A stretch of 64,000 nt of DNA, taken from positions 6,966-70,965 of the forward strand of contig CACOSI010000003.1 of the NCBI GenBank assembly GCA_902629855.1, written 5' to 3'. The notes beneath the pieces are model-generated. The model was not told the DNA's origin. It ran no database searches and saw only the letters and a list, made by a program, of their open reading frames with translations. This DNA comes from an uncultured Fidelibacterota bacterium (GTDB taxonomy: Bacteria > Fidelibacterota > Marinisomatia > Marinisomatales > Marinisomataceae). This document shows positions 46,036 through 56,031 of this stretch, piece by piece; positions within the stretch are counted from its first letter, which is position 1; each line of letters begins with the position of its first letter. A program made the position numbers and the translations under genes.

Positions 46036-46977
46036 ATGTCGTCAAAAAAATTAAATGAAATTCTTTTAAAAGCTAAAAATAACGATTTTTTATCTATATC
46101 AAATCTTATGTCTGGTATTGAAAATAAAAAATTTTCCAGAAGTGAAGTTTCTCGAAATATTTATAAAGAAACATTTAATGCACTTAAGATTGGAATTACA
46201 GGTCCACCTGGAGCAGGAAAGAGCTCATTAACAAATAAATTAATTCCTCTTATTAGAGAGAGCAATTTATCTGTTGGAGTTTTAGCTGTAGATCCTTCCA
46301 GTCCTATAACTGGAGGATCTTTTTTAGGAGATAGAGTTAGAATAAATAATGCGATAAATGACGATCATGTTTTTGTTAGAAGTATGGGTTCAAGAGCTGA
46401 ATTGGGTGGTATTACAGAACTTGCTGAAGATTTTAGTGATATTTTAGCTTATAGCGGTAAAGATATAATTTTTATAGAAACAGTTGGGGTTGGACAATCA
46501 GAATATAGTGTCTCCGAAATAACAGATTTGACAACTTTAGTTTTTGTCCCTGAGTCAGGAGACGAAATACAACTTCTTAAAGCTGGAATTCTAGAATTAG
46601 CGGATATTTTTGTTGTAAATAAATCAGACAGAAAAGACTCTAATTTGCTAGTTAAATCAATTAATAATATTTTATCTTCAACAAAAAAAGATATGGGGCA
46701 TATTCCAATCTTTAAAACAAGTTGTAAAACAGATGAAGGTATAAAAGATTTTGCAGATTCGATTGTGGAGATGTTCCATTCAATGAATGAGAATGAAAAA
46801 ATCAAAAAAAAACAAATAATAAGACTATCTAGGAGAATTGAATCTATAATTGAAAAAGACTTAATTAAAAGTTTTTGGACTGAAGAGAGAAAAAGTATTT
46901 TGAATGATATCGATACAAATGACTTAAAATCTGTCTCTCCTTATGAAATAGTTGAAAAGATTAAGGGAAGTTTATAA
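46036..46977 (+). CDS. meaB: MeaB/ArgK-type G3E-family GTPase (methylmalonyl-CoA mutase-associated chaperone family)
   Basis: GITGPPGAGKSSL, ETVGVGQSE, VVNKSD. Confidence 0.85.
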   Translation: MSSKKLNEILLKAKNNDFLSISNLMSGIENKKFSRSEVSRNIYKETFNALKIGITGPPGAGKSSLTNKLIPLIRESNLSVGVLAVDPSSPITGGSFLGDRVRINNAINDDHVFVRSMGSRAELGGITELAEDFSDILAYSGKDIIFIETVGVGQSEYSVSEITDLTTLVFVPESGDEIQLLKAGILELADIFVVNKSDRKDSNLLVKSINNILSSTKKDMGHIPIFKTSCKTDEGIKDFADSIVEMFHSMNENEKIKKKQIIRLSRRIESIIEKDLIKSFWTEERKSILNDIDTNDLKSVSPYEIVEKIKGSL

Positions 46978-47702
46978 TGAGCAATTCAATGTCTTTGGTA
47001 GATCATCTTGAAGAATTAAGATGGAGAATTCTTAAATCTTTAGGTTCCGTTCTAATTATGTCAATTATTACATTTAATTTTTCAAATGAGTTGGTAGAAA
47101 TTTTAATAAGTCCAGCTACTTCAATAAAGTCTGATCTTAATCTTCAGGTACTAACAATTCAGGGAATGTTTTTGCTAAAATGGAACTTATCAATTATTGG
47201 AGGAATTATACTGTCACTTCCTGTAATTACAATACAAGTTTGGAAGTTTTTATCACCCGGATTATATGATAAAGAAAAAAAGATTCTACTTCCTCTCATT
47301 TTAACAGCATTTTTATGTTTTATTCTTGGTGGTATTTTTGCATACACTGTAGTATTACCGTTTTCTTTGGATTTTTTTGCTTCCATGATTACTGCAGATA
47401 TTCAAAATAACTTTTCTATTAATTACTATTTTAGTTTTGTATTGTCATTAATTATTGGTGCGGGCATAATATTTGAACTTCCAATAGTATCTTTTTTGTT
47501 TTCATCTATTGGTCTAATAAATCCTACCTTTTTAAGAAATTATAGAAGAGAAGCAATTGCTATTACTGTTATCTTATCAGCTATCATTACTCCGCCTGAC
47601 CCAATTAGTTTAATTATTATGTCAATACCAATGCTAATTTTATACGAAATAAGTATCGCTGTCTCATGGTTTGCAATTAAATTATTTTCAAAAGATAAAT
47701 AA
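46977..47702 (+). CDS. tatC: Twin-arginine translocase subunit TatC
   Basis: LVDHLEELRWRILKS start, 6 TM, PPD motif region ITPPDPIS. Confidence 0.92.
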   Translation: MSNSMSLVDHLEELRWRILKSLGSVLIMSIITFNFSNELVEILISPATSIKSDLNLQVLTIQGMFLLKWNLSIIGGIILSLPVITIQVWKFLSPGLYDKEKKILLPLILTAFLCFILGGIFAYTVVLPFSLDFFASMITADIQNNFSINYYFSFVLSLIIGAGIIFELPIVSFLFSSIGLINPTFLRNYRREAIAITVILSAIITPPDPISLIIMSIPMLILYEISIAVSWFAIKLFSKDK

Positions 47703-48703
47703 TGAATAAAATTCTAATAATCCGAATGAGCTCAATTGGTGATATAGTTTTATCTACATCTTTTTTAAAGTCAGTAAAGAAAAAGTATCCTGAAGCTGAA
47801 ATTCATTTTTTAATTAAAAAAGAATTTTCCGAACTAGTAAAAGATCACCCATTAATCAATAAATTAATTTCATTCGATAAAAAATTAGGAATCAAGGAGC
47901 TATTTCGTCTTGGGAAATTCTTACGAAACAATGACTACGATGTTATCTTCGATATACATAGCGTTTTCAGGACAAGAGTTTTATCACTTTTTTTAAGAAA
48001 AAATCTTTTCAAACAAATAAGAAAACCAAGGTTAAGAAGATTTATGCTATTTTATGCACACCAAAATTATTTTGAGAAAAGTTTTAGCCATATTAAGATG
48101 TACCATACGTTACTAGATGAAGATAAAACTTTTCCTCCAACAAATCTCTTTATAAGCAGTAAAGAAGATAAATCAACAAAAGACTTTTTAAATAGCAATA
48201 ATATTGGAGAAAATTACATTGCAATTGTACCCGGTGCCGCATGGAGTCAAAAGCAATGGTCGATCGAAAACTATAATAAGCTTATGAAGAGATTAATAGA
48301 TTCATTTAAATCAAAAATTGTCATACTTGGATCAACAAATGATGTTATTTGTGATCAAATTATAAAAGATGATAACATTATTAATCTAAAAGACAAAACT
48401 TCATTAAGAATGGCTATGGGTATCGTTAAGCATGCTCTTCATACATTGGGAAGCGATACTGGTCTTTTACATATTTCAGAAGCTATGGGTACTCCAGTAA
48501 CAATGATTTTGGGTCCAACTTCTTTAGAGACTGGAGCAAGAGTTACTTTACATGACTCAAAAGTAATTGAAAATAAAGATCTTTGGTGTAGACCTTGCTC
48601 ACAAAATGGAAGTAGACCCTGTTATCGTAAAGAACAATATTGTATGTCTGATATTGATAGTGATAAAGTATTTGATAATGTAAATAAGGCTTTATCAAAA
48701 TGA
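47702..48703 (+). CDS. Glycosyltransferase family 9 (LPS heptosyltransferase-like)
   Basis: ILIIRMSSIGDIVLSTSFLKSVKKKYP and SDTGLLHISEAMGTP motifs. Confidence 0.85.
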   Translation: MNKILIIRMSSIGDIVLSTSFLKSVKKKYPEAEIHFLIKKEFSELVKDHPLINKLISFDKKLGIKELFRLGKFLRNNDYDVIFDIHSVFRTRVLSLFLRKNLFKQIRKPRLRRFMLFYAHQNYFEKSFSHIKMYHTLLDEDKTFPPTNLFISSKEDKSTKDFLNSNNIGENYIAIVPGAAWSQKQWSIENYNKLMKRLIDSFKSKIVILGSTNDVICDQIIKDDNIINLKDKTSLRMAMGIVKHALHTLGSDTGLLHISEAMGTPVTMILGPTSLETGARVTLHDSKVIENKDLWCRPCSQNGSRPCYRKEQYCMSDIDSDKVFDNVNKALSK

Positions 48704-49926
48704 TTATTTTTATAATAATATATAATTTTATTATTCTACCAGTTTTATTTATTTCATCTATTATATTGGCAATTTTTAATAAAAAAGTTAGAAAGGGTCT
48801 TTTTGGAAGAATTAATTCTTTTTCAAGATTAAAAGAATTTAATCGAGATAAATATTCTAAAATATATTGGTTTCATTCTTCTTCACACGGTGAGTATCAG
48901 CAAGTAGAAACTTTAATAAAAAAAATAAAAAAAAGAGACGGTAAATCTGGTATCATAGCATCATTTTTTTCCCCGTCAGGATTTGAAAACGTAAAAGATA
49001 AAAACATTGATTTAAAACTTTATTTACCAATTGATTTTTTATTTATGTGTACTTTTGCATTGAAGATTACAAAACCAAAAATAGTTTTTTTTACTTCAAA
49101 TGATTTTTGGCCTAGTTTTCTTTTTGCTTCAAAAAAACTCAATATCCCAACAATACTTACATCCGCCAGATATAATAAATTTTATAATACTTTTTTTAAA
49201 ATGTTTGATAAGATATTTTGTATAAAAGAAAATGATTTTAATTCAATTAAAAATCAAAATAATAAAAAAGAAGTTTTTTTAGCTGGAAATCCACGCTTTG
49301 ATAGAATACTTGGTAATTATAATAATACGCCTCATAAAATTATTCATTCAAGTACAGAAAACCTGACTTTCGCAAGTATGTGGCAAGAAGATAACAAAGT
49401 TATTCTTGAAAATTTTTTAAATTCTGATCTAGTTGATACTTTTAATAAAATATTTATCGTCCCTCATGAACTTTCAAAAAATTATCTAAATTATTACTGT
49501 TCAATTTTGGAAAAAAAAGGTTTTTCGTACAAGACAGTTGACAAGTATGCAAATTTTTTAGATCTTAATGAAAAATTTATAATCGTTAATAAAGTTGGAT
49601 TTTTATCTAAGCTGTATTCACAGTCAACTCATACATATGTTGGAGGAGGTTTTTCTAAGAATGGAATTCATAATATTGTTGAGCCAGCAGCTGCATCTAA
49701 TGTAATATTATTTGGTCCAAACTTTAGTAATGCTAACAAGCAAGATGCTCTTAGCTTAGCGCAATCAAAAGGTGGATTCTTAGTTAATGATTCTGAAGAT
49801 TTCTCAAAAATAATTTTTGATCTCAAAAACAAAAATTTCTACAATTCCTGTTCCAATTCTGCTAAAAACTATGTCATAGATAATGCTGGTGCGACAAATG
49901 TTATTATGGAGCAAATAATTGAGTAA
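48700..49926 (+). CDS. waaA: 3-deoxy-D-manno-octulosonic acid (Kdo) transferase
   Basis: IYWFHSSSHGEYQQVETLI (SxGE region), an N-terminal membrane anchor, and a GT30-like C-terminal half. Confidence 0.8.
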   Translation: MIIFIIIYNFIILPVLFISSIILAIFNKKVRKGLFGRINSFSRLKEFNRDKYSKIYWFHSSSHGEYQQVETLIKKIKKRDGKSGIIASFFSPSGFENVKDKNIDLKLYLPIDFLFMCTFALKITKPKIVFFTSNDFWPSFLFASKKLNIPTILTSARYNKFYNTFFKMFDKIFCIKENDFNSIKNQNNKKEVFLAGNPRFDRILGNYNNTPHKIIHSSTENLTFASMWQEDNKVILENFLNSDLVDTFNKIFIVPHELSKNYLNYYCSILEKKGFSYKTVDKYANFLDLNEKFIIVNKVGFLSKLYSQSTHTYVGGGFSKNGIHNIVEPAAASNVILFGPNFSNANKQDALSLAQSKGGFLVNDSEDFSKIIFDLKNKNFYNSCSNSAKNYVIDNAGATNVIMEQIIE

Positions 49927-50461
49927 GCTTTTTAAATTAAGCGACTTTCTTTTAATACCAAATTTAGTTACTCTTTTTAGATTTGTTTTGATTGCTCCTA
50001 TGATTATTACTTTCAAGCAAGGGTTGCAAACCTATTTTCTAATTATATTATTTGTATCGCTTCTTACAGATTTTTTAGATGGTATACTTGCAAGAAAATT
50101 AGACCAACAATCTGAGCTTGGAAAAACTCTAGATCCAATTGCAGATGGAATAACGTTATTTTCTTTTATAATTCTTTTCAACAGAGAGGGGTTAATCAGT
50201 AATTATTTCCTAATTTTTTACTTTTTAAGACAGTTAATAATTTTAGTTTTTTCACTGATTTATCTGCCAAAATTAGAAACAGTTTATGGTTCGAATATTG
50301 TTGGAAAGACTGGAGTTTGTGTTCTTGGTATTGCATTATGTATTTTTGCTTTAAGAATTGAAAATTTTTATTTTATGACCTCATATATTCTTCAGATTTC
50401 AGCTGTTTTACTTTTTATAAGTATGTTAGACTATATAAGATTTTTTCTAAATGTAAAATAA
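49919..50461 (+). CDS. CDP-alcohol phosphatidyltransferase family protein
   Basis: DFLDGILARKLDQQSELGKTLDPIADG matches DGx2ARx8Gx3Dx3D. TTG start. Confidence 0.85.
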   Translation: MSKLFKLSDFLLIPNLVTLFRFVLIAPMIITFKQGLQTYFLIILFVSLLTDFLDGILARKLDQQSELGKTLDPIADGITLFSFIILFNREGLISNYFLIFYFLRQLIILVFSLIYLPKLETVYGSNIVGKTGVCVLGIALCIFALRIENFYFMTSYILQISAVLLFISMLDYIRFFLNVK

Positions 50462-50529
50462 TTTTTATTCATTATTGTCATACTATTTATCTTGTTTTTA
50501 CCTCATAATTAATTAAATTAAGAGTCATT

Positions 50530-52524
50530 ATGGCAGACTTTAAAGTATCTTCAAAATTTTCTCCAGCTGGTGATCAGCCAAAAGCTATTCAAGACCTCTC
50601 AATTGGAATTAAAAATAAAAATAAACATCAAACATTGTTGGGAGTGACTGGTTCAGGAAAAACTTATACTGTTGCTAAAGTAATTGAGGAAGTACAAAAA
50701 CCAACTCTTATTATATCTCATAATAAAACCTTAGCTGCTCAACTTTACGGAGAGTTCAAAAATCTTTTTCCTAATAATGCTGTTGAGTATTTCATTAGTT
50801 ATTATGATTATTATCAACCTGAATCATATATGCCTGTAACAGATACTTTCATTGAGAAAGATTTTTCGATGAATGAGGAAATTGACAGGCTTCGATTAAA
50901 AGCTACGAGTTCACTTCTTCAAAGAAAAGATGTCATTGTTGTCAGTTCAGTTTCATGTATTTATGGGCTTGGAAATCCTAAAGAATGGAAGAATCAAATG
51001 GTTCATTTAGTTCTTGACCAAAAAGTAAGTAGAAGGAGCTTAACAGAATCATTAGTTGATATTTATTATCAAAGAAATGATCAGGTATTAGAAAGATGTA
51101 ATTTTAGAATTTTGGGTGATATTTTTGAAATATTTCCAGCGTATGAAGATAAAGCTATTCGTGTTGATATTTTTGATGATAAAGTTCAGTCAATTGTAAC
51201 TTTTGACCCAATATCTGGAGAAGAATTTTCCGAAGTAGATGAATTTTATTTATACCCAGCAAGACATTTTATTTCAGATAGAGATAAAAATGAGTCTGTT
51301 ATAAAAAATATAAGATCTGATCTCAAAGAAAGATTGAAATTTTTTAATGAAAATGAAAAATTTTTGGAAGAGCAAAGACTTAATCAACGAACCAATTTTG
51401 ATATTGAAATGATAGATGAAATAGGATACTGTTCAGGTATAGAAAATTATTCAAGATATTTTGATGGAAGAAAAGAAGGAGAAAGACCTTTTACTTTGAT
51501 TGACTTCTTTCCAGAGGATTTTCTAACAGTTATTGATGAGTCTCATGTTACTCTTCCTCAAATACAGGCTATGTATGGAGGTGACAGAAAGAGAAAGGAT
51601 AATCTTATAGATTATGGTTTTAGGTTACCTTCTGCTTATGACAATCGTCCTCTGAAGTCAGATGAATTTTCTTCTATGCAAAACCAGGTAATATATGCTT
51701 CAGCAACTCCATCTCATAGGGAGTTAGATTTATCTTCCGGAGTAATAACAGAGCTTATTAATCGTCCTACAGGGTTAATAGATCCTCAAGTATTTGTTAA
51801 GCCATCAGCTGGCCAAATTGATGATTTGATATCTGAAATAAAAATTAGGGCTGAAAAAGATGAAAGATCTCTTGTTACAACTCTTACAAAAAAGATGGCA
51901 GAAGATTTATCGGAATATCTTAGTTCAGTTGGTTTAAGAGTAAGGTATCTTCATTCTGAAGTAAAAACAATTGAAAGAGTAAAAATACTTCGTGATTTGA
52001 GATTAGGTGATTTTGATGTTTTAGTTGGTATCAATCTTTTAAGGGAAGGTTTAGACTTACCAGAAGTATCCCTTGTCGCAATATTGGATGCAGATAAAGA
52101 AGGTTTTTTAAGATCAAAAAGCTCTCTAGTTCAAACTGCAGGAAGAGCTGCTCGTCATGAAGAAGGTGTTGTAATTCTTTATGCTGATAAAATAACAGAT
52201 TCTATGCAATATTTAATTGATGAAACGGACAGAAGAAGGTCAATTCAAGTAGATTTTAACAAAAAAAATAATATTACACCAAAAACTGTAAAGAAATCAG
52301 TTGAAGAAATAATGCAGTCTACAAGAGTTGCTGAGTCATATAGAGATAACGAAATTGAAATAAAAAGAGATATCAAAACAGATAAATTCCTCAACGAGGA
52401 TAAAAAAATTGTTGTAGAAATGATCAGAGAAGAGATGCTTGAAGCAGCTGAAAATTTAGATTTTGAAAAAGCTGCAAAATTAAGAGATGAAATGAACAAG
52501 TTAGAAAAAGAAATAAAACTTTAA
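50530..52524 (+). CDS. uvrB: Excinuclease ABC subunit B
   Basis: GDQPKAI, GVTGSGKT, DESH, helicase motifs, and the C-terminal UVR domain FEKAAKLRDE. Confidence 0.97.
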   Translation: MADFKVSSKFSPAGDQPKAIQDLSIGIKNKNKHQTLLGVTGSGKTYTVAKVIEEVQKPTLIISHNKTLAAQLYGEFKNLFPNNAVEYFISYYDYYQPESYMPVTDTFIEKDFSMNEEIDRLRLKATSSLLQRKDVIVVSSVSCIYGLGNPKEWKNQMVHLVLDQKVSRRSLTESLVDIYYQRNDQVLERCNFRILGDIFEIFPAYEDKAIRVDIFDDKVQSIVTFDPISGEEFSEVDEFYLYPARHFISDRDKNESVIKNIRSDLKERLKFFNENEKFLEEQRLNQRTNFDIEMIDEIGYCSGIENYSRYFDGRKEGERPFTLIDFFPEDFLTVIDESHVTLPQIQAMYGGDRKRKDNLIDYGFRLPSAYDNRPLKSDEFSSMQNQVIYASATPSHRELDLSSGVITELINRPTGLIDPQVFVKPSAGQIDDLISEIKIRAEKDERSLVTTLTKKMAEDLSEYLSSVGLRVRYLHSEVKTIERVKILRDLRLGDFDVLVGINLLREGLDLPEVSLVAILDADKEGFLRSKSSLVQTAGRAARHEEGVVILYADKITDSMQYLIDETDRRRSIQVDFNKKNNITPKTVKKSVEEIMQSTRVAESYRDNEIEIKRDIKTDKFLNEDKKIVVEMIREEMLEAAENLDFEKAAKLRDEMNKLEKEIKL

Positions 52525-52540
52525 AAATTATGGAGAAATT

Positions 52541-53740
52541 ATGAACATTGATTTAATAAAACAGAAGTCAGGTATCATTGGAGAAAGTGATGGAATAAAG
52601 CAAGTCTTAGAAATGGTTGGACAAGTTGCAAATGTTGATATCTCAGTATTAATTAATGGTGAATCTGGTACAGGAAAAGAATTGGTTAGTAAGGCAATTC
52701 ATTTGGGCAGTAAAAGATCATTAAAAGAGCTAGTTGTTGTTAATTGCGGAGCAATTCCAGAAGGTATTATAGAAAGTGAGTTATTTGGGCATAAAAAAGG
52801 TGCTTACACAGATGCAAGCGATACAAGAAAAGGATATTTCGAAACAGCTGATAATGGAACAATATTTTTGGATGAAATTGGGGATATGCCCTTAGAAACT
52901 CAGGTAAAAGTTTTGAGAGTTTTAGAATCTGGAGAATTTATGCGAGTTGGTGATTCTAAAACAAAAAAAACTGATGTTAGAGTTATTGCAGCTACAAATA
53001 AAGACTTAGGAAAGCTTGTGAAAGAAGGGAAATTTAGGCAGGATCTGTATTATAGACTAAAAACTGTCACAATAAATATCCCACCACTAAGGGAAAGAAA
53101 AAATGATATAAGATTGTTGGTTGACAGATTCGCTTTACAGTTTAGTAGAACGAACAATATCAAATATAAAGGCTTCACTCCTGAAGCTATAAAGACAATG
53201 CATCAATTTAGTTGGCCTGGAAATATTAGAGAGTTGAGAAATTTCGTAGAAAGCATCCTAATTTTGCAAAAAGGTGAGAGGATTACTGCTGATATGATTG
53301 AAAATCAGTTACTTGATGAAGATGATACTCAAATCAAAAATGATTCATTGCCTGTAGTTATTAATAGAGACCCAGACCAAGCAGAAAGAGAGCTTATTTT
53401 AAGGCAACTCCTATATTTAAGGCAGGATATTGAAGAGCTTAAATTAATGATGAAGGAATCTAATTTTTCTGAGCTAAATTCTATGAGAAATATTAATCCA
53501 AATTTTGATAGTACAATTCAAAATAATGAAATTATTAGCCAAAATGATAATCTCATTAAAGGAGATGTTATAGGTGCATTTAACACTAAAGATCTTGAAA
53601 AAGAAATGATTATAAGAACCTTAGAACATTTCAATAATAACAGACGTGCAGCCGCCAAATCTTTGGATATGAGCGAAAGAACTTTATATAGAAAAATTAA
53701 TGACTATGGAATTGAAAAAAAGATTAAAAAAACTCACTAG
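52541..53740 (+). CDS. Sigma54-dependent transcriptional activator (AAA+ plus Fis-type HTH) lacking an N-terminal sensory domain
   Basis: GESGTGKE Walker A at residues 40-47, GAYTDA loop (nt 52799-52816), FLDEIG Walker B, RELRN sensor, and C-terminal RRAAAKSLDMSERTLYRKI. Confidence 0.88.
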   Translation: MNIDLIKQKSGIIGESDGIKQVLEMVGQVANVDISVLINGESGTGKELVSKAIHLGSKRSLKELVVVNCGAIPEGIIESELFGHKKGAYTDASDTRKGYFETADNGTIFLDEIGDMPLETQVKVLRVLESGEFMRVGDSKTKKTDVRVIAATNKDLGKLVKEGKFRQDLYYRLKTVTINIPPLRERKNDIRLLVDRFALQFSRTNNIKYKGFTPEAIKTMHQFSWPGNIRELRNFVESILILQKGERITADMIENQLLDEDDTQIKNDSLPVVINRDPDQAERELILRQLLYLRQDIEELKLMMKESNFSELNSMRNINPNFDSTIQNNEIISQNDNLIKGDVIGAFNTKDLEKEMIIRTLEHFNNNRRAAAKSLDMSERTLYRKINDYGIEKKIKKTH

Positions 53741-54278
53741 TATATTATCATTATTATTTGTTGTTGGATGTAGTTATTACTCAATGGCAGGTTCACTTCC
53801 TCCAAATATTAATAATGTCAATATTCCACTTTTTATAAATGAGACTTCAGAGTTTGAAATATCTGAAAAAATTACTTCAAATATTGTAGATGAAATTGCT
53901 ATACAAAATATCTTAAAAATTATTAATGATGAAAAAAATAGTGACAGCACAATTCTTGGAAAAATCACAAATGTTAGTGATGGGCCTTACTCATTTGATG
54001 TAAATGAGCAGGTAAGTGAATATAGATTTACTTTATCAGTGTCAATACAATGGGTCGATAATATTTCTGATAAAAATTTAATTGAACAAACATTCACTGG
54101 TTTTGGTACATATAGTTTAGATAACGATCCATCAACTGATGGAATCGATAATGATAATGATGGTATTTTAGATGAAAATGATGAGGATGAGTTTGGAGAT
54201 TCTAGAGAGTTGGCAATTAATATTGCTATTAACAAAATTGCATCAGATATTGTAAATTCTATCCTTTCTACATGGTAA
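53700..54278 (+). CDS. LptE-like LPS-assembly lipoprotein with an acidic Asp-rich insertion
   Basis: Lipobox LLFVVGCSYYS, then IPLFINETSEF...ILGKITNV...YRFTLSVSIQW, similar to the LptE family layout. The true start may be one of the Met codons in MTMELKK, within the overlap with the activator gene. Confidence 0.55.
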   Translation: MTMELKKRLKKLTSILSLLFVVGCSYYSMAGSLPPNINNVNIPLFINETSEFEISEKITSNIVDEIAIQNILKIINDEKNSDSTILGKITNVSDGPYSFDVNEQVSEYRFTLSVSIQWVDNISDKNLIEQTFTGFGTYSLDNDPSTDGIDNDNDGILDENDEDEFGDSRELAINIAINKIASDIVNSILSTW

Positions 54279-55573
54279 AGAAAATGAAAAATATATCAAT
54301 AAATAAATTAAAAGATTTTATAGGCAAAGAAGTTCATTTAAATGGATGGATTTATAACCTTAGATCTGTTGGAAAAATATGGTTCGCAATCGTAAGGGAT
54401 GGTACAGGTTTTGTTCAATGTGTTGTTACCAGTAATGATGTTTCTCAAGATATTTTTGAGCTTGAATCAAGTCTCACTCAAGAATCATCAATAAGAGTTA
54501 AAGGGGTTGTTCAAGAAGATTCTCGTTCTGATTTAGGAGTAGAAATTTTAGTAAAAGATATGAAAGTAATTCATATTGCAGAAGAATACCCAATTGCTTT
54601 AAAAGAGCATGGTGTTAGTTTTTTAATGGATAATAGACACTTGTGGTTAAGATCAAAAAAGCAGTTTGCTATAATGAAAGTTCGACAAAATGTTATAAAA
54701 TCTATAAGAGATTTTTTCGACAGCAGAGACTTTGTACTAATCGATTCACCTATGTTTACTGGAAATGCTGTCGAAGGTACTACTACTTTATTTGAAACTG
54801 AATATTTTAATAAGTCTGCATATTTAACGCAGAGCGGTCAACTGTATCAAGAAGCCGGGGCAATGGCATTTGGAAAAACATATTGTTTTGGTCCATGTTT
54901 TAGAGCAGAAAAATCAAAAACCAGAAAACACTTAACAGAATTTTGGATGGTTGAACCAGAAATGGCATTCTACGACCTTAAAGATAATATGGATTTGATT
55001 GAAGAGTTTATTGTACATATTGTTACTCAAAGTATTGAAAATTGTAAAGAAGAGTTAAAAATTTTAGAGAGAGATATTTCTCTTCTTGAAAAAGTAAAGT
55101 CTCCGTTTCCTCGAATAACTTATGATGAAGCTGTAAAACTTCTTAATGATAATGGTCAGAAATTTAAGTATGGCAGTGATTTTGGTGCACCAGACGAAGA
55201 ATTGATTGCTTCAAAATTTGATAGTCCGGTTATGATACATAGTTGGCCTCATGAAACTAAAGCTTTTTATATGAAAAGAGATGAATCTGAAAAACTTGCT
55301 CTAGGTGTAGATGTTATAGCACCTGAAGGTTATGGCGAAATAGTCGGTGGAGGTCAAAGAGAAGATGATCATGACACATTAGTAAAAAGAATTGAAAATC
55401 ATGGATTACCTCTAAGTGCATTTAAGTGGTATTTAGATTTAAGAAAATATGGCTCAGTTACTCATTCTGGTTTCGGATTGGGGCTTGAAAGAACCGTTTC
55501 ATGGATATGTGGAATAGACCATGTAAGGCAAACTATTCCTTTTCCTAGAACAATGGGAAGATTGGAGCCATAA
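54272..55573 (+). CDS. asnS: Asparagine--tRNA ligase
   Basis: Class IIb motifs FGPCFRAEKSKTRKHLTEFWMVEPEMAF and GEIVGGGQRE, plus GFGLGLERTV. The start could also be ATG 54284. Confidence 0.92.
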   Translation: MVKKMKNISINKLKDFIGKEVHLNGWIYNLRSVGKIWFAIVRDGTGFVQCVVTSNDVSQDIFELESSLTQESSIRVKGVVQEDSRSDLGVEILVKDMKVIHIAEEYPIALKEHGVSFLMDNRHLWLRSKKQFAIMKVRQNVIKSIRDFFDSRDFVLIDSPMFTGNAVEGTTTLFETEYFNKSAYLTQSGQLYQEAGAMAFGKTYCFGPCFRAEKSKTRKHLTEFWMVEPEMAFYDLKDNMDLIEEFIVHIVTQSIENCKEELKILERDISLLEKVKSPFPRITYDEAVKLLNDNGQKFKYGSDFGAPDEELIASKFDSPVMIHSWPHETKAFYMKRDESEKLALGVDVIAPEGYGEIVGGGQREDDHDTLVKRIENHGLPLSAFKWYLDLRKYGSVTHSGFGLGLERTVSWICGIDHVRQTIPFPRTMGRLEP

Positions 55574-56031
55574 TGAAATATAATGGAAGAATTGCAGTTT
55601 TTGGAGGAAGAGATATCACTGAGGAAATTTATAAAGATACAGTAGAAATTGGAAAACGTATGGCAGAAAAAAATTGGCTTGTTTTTTGTGGTGGCGGTGA
55701 AGGTGTAATGGAAGCAATTGCAAAAGGCGTATCACATGGCGGTGGAACATGTATTGGAATTTTGAAGGATAAGGATTTCAAGACTGGCAATGATTTTTTA
55801 ACAATCCCAATTTCGACTGGAATGGATATAACGAGAAATGCTCTAATTAGCTATAATTGTGATGTTGGAGTAGCTATTTCAGGTGCATATGGAACTTTGA
55901 GTGAAATTGCTTTTACTCTAGCACAAGATAAGCAATTAATAGCTTATCATACATGGGATATCCCTAAATCAATCAAAGTTGATTCAATTAATCTTTTAAT
56001 TCAGGAAGTAGATAGGTGTCTAAAAATTTAA
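55573..56031 (+). CDS. TIGR00725-type LOG/SLOG-fold Rossmann protein
   Basis: IAVFGG..., CGGGEGVMEAIAKG, GTLSEIAF. Confidence 0.7.
   Translation: MKYNGRIAVFGGRDITEEIYKDTVEIGKRMAEKNWLVFCGGGEGVMEAIAKGVSHGGGTCIGILKDKDFKTGNDFLTIPISTGMDITRNALISYNCDVGVAISGAYGTLSEIAFTLAQDKQLIAYHTWDIPKSIKVDSINLLIQEVDRCLKI

Noticed and set aside
46449-46805. 118-aa minus ORF
   Set aside because: Antisense within meaB, with no motifs. It is a typical shadow ORF in AT-rich coding DNA.
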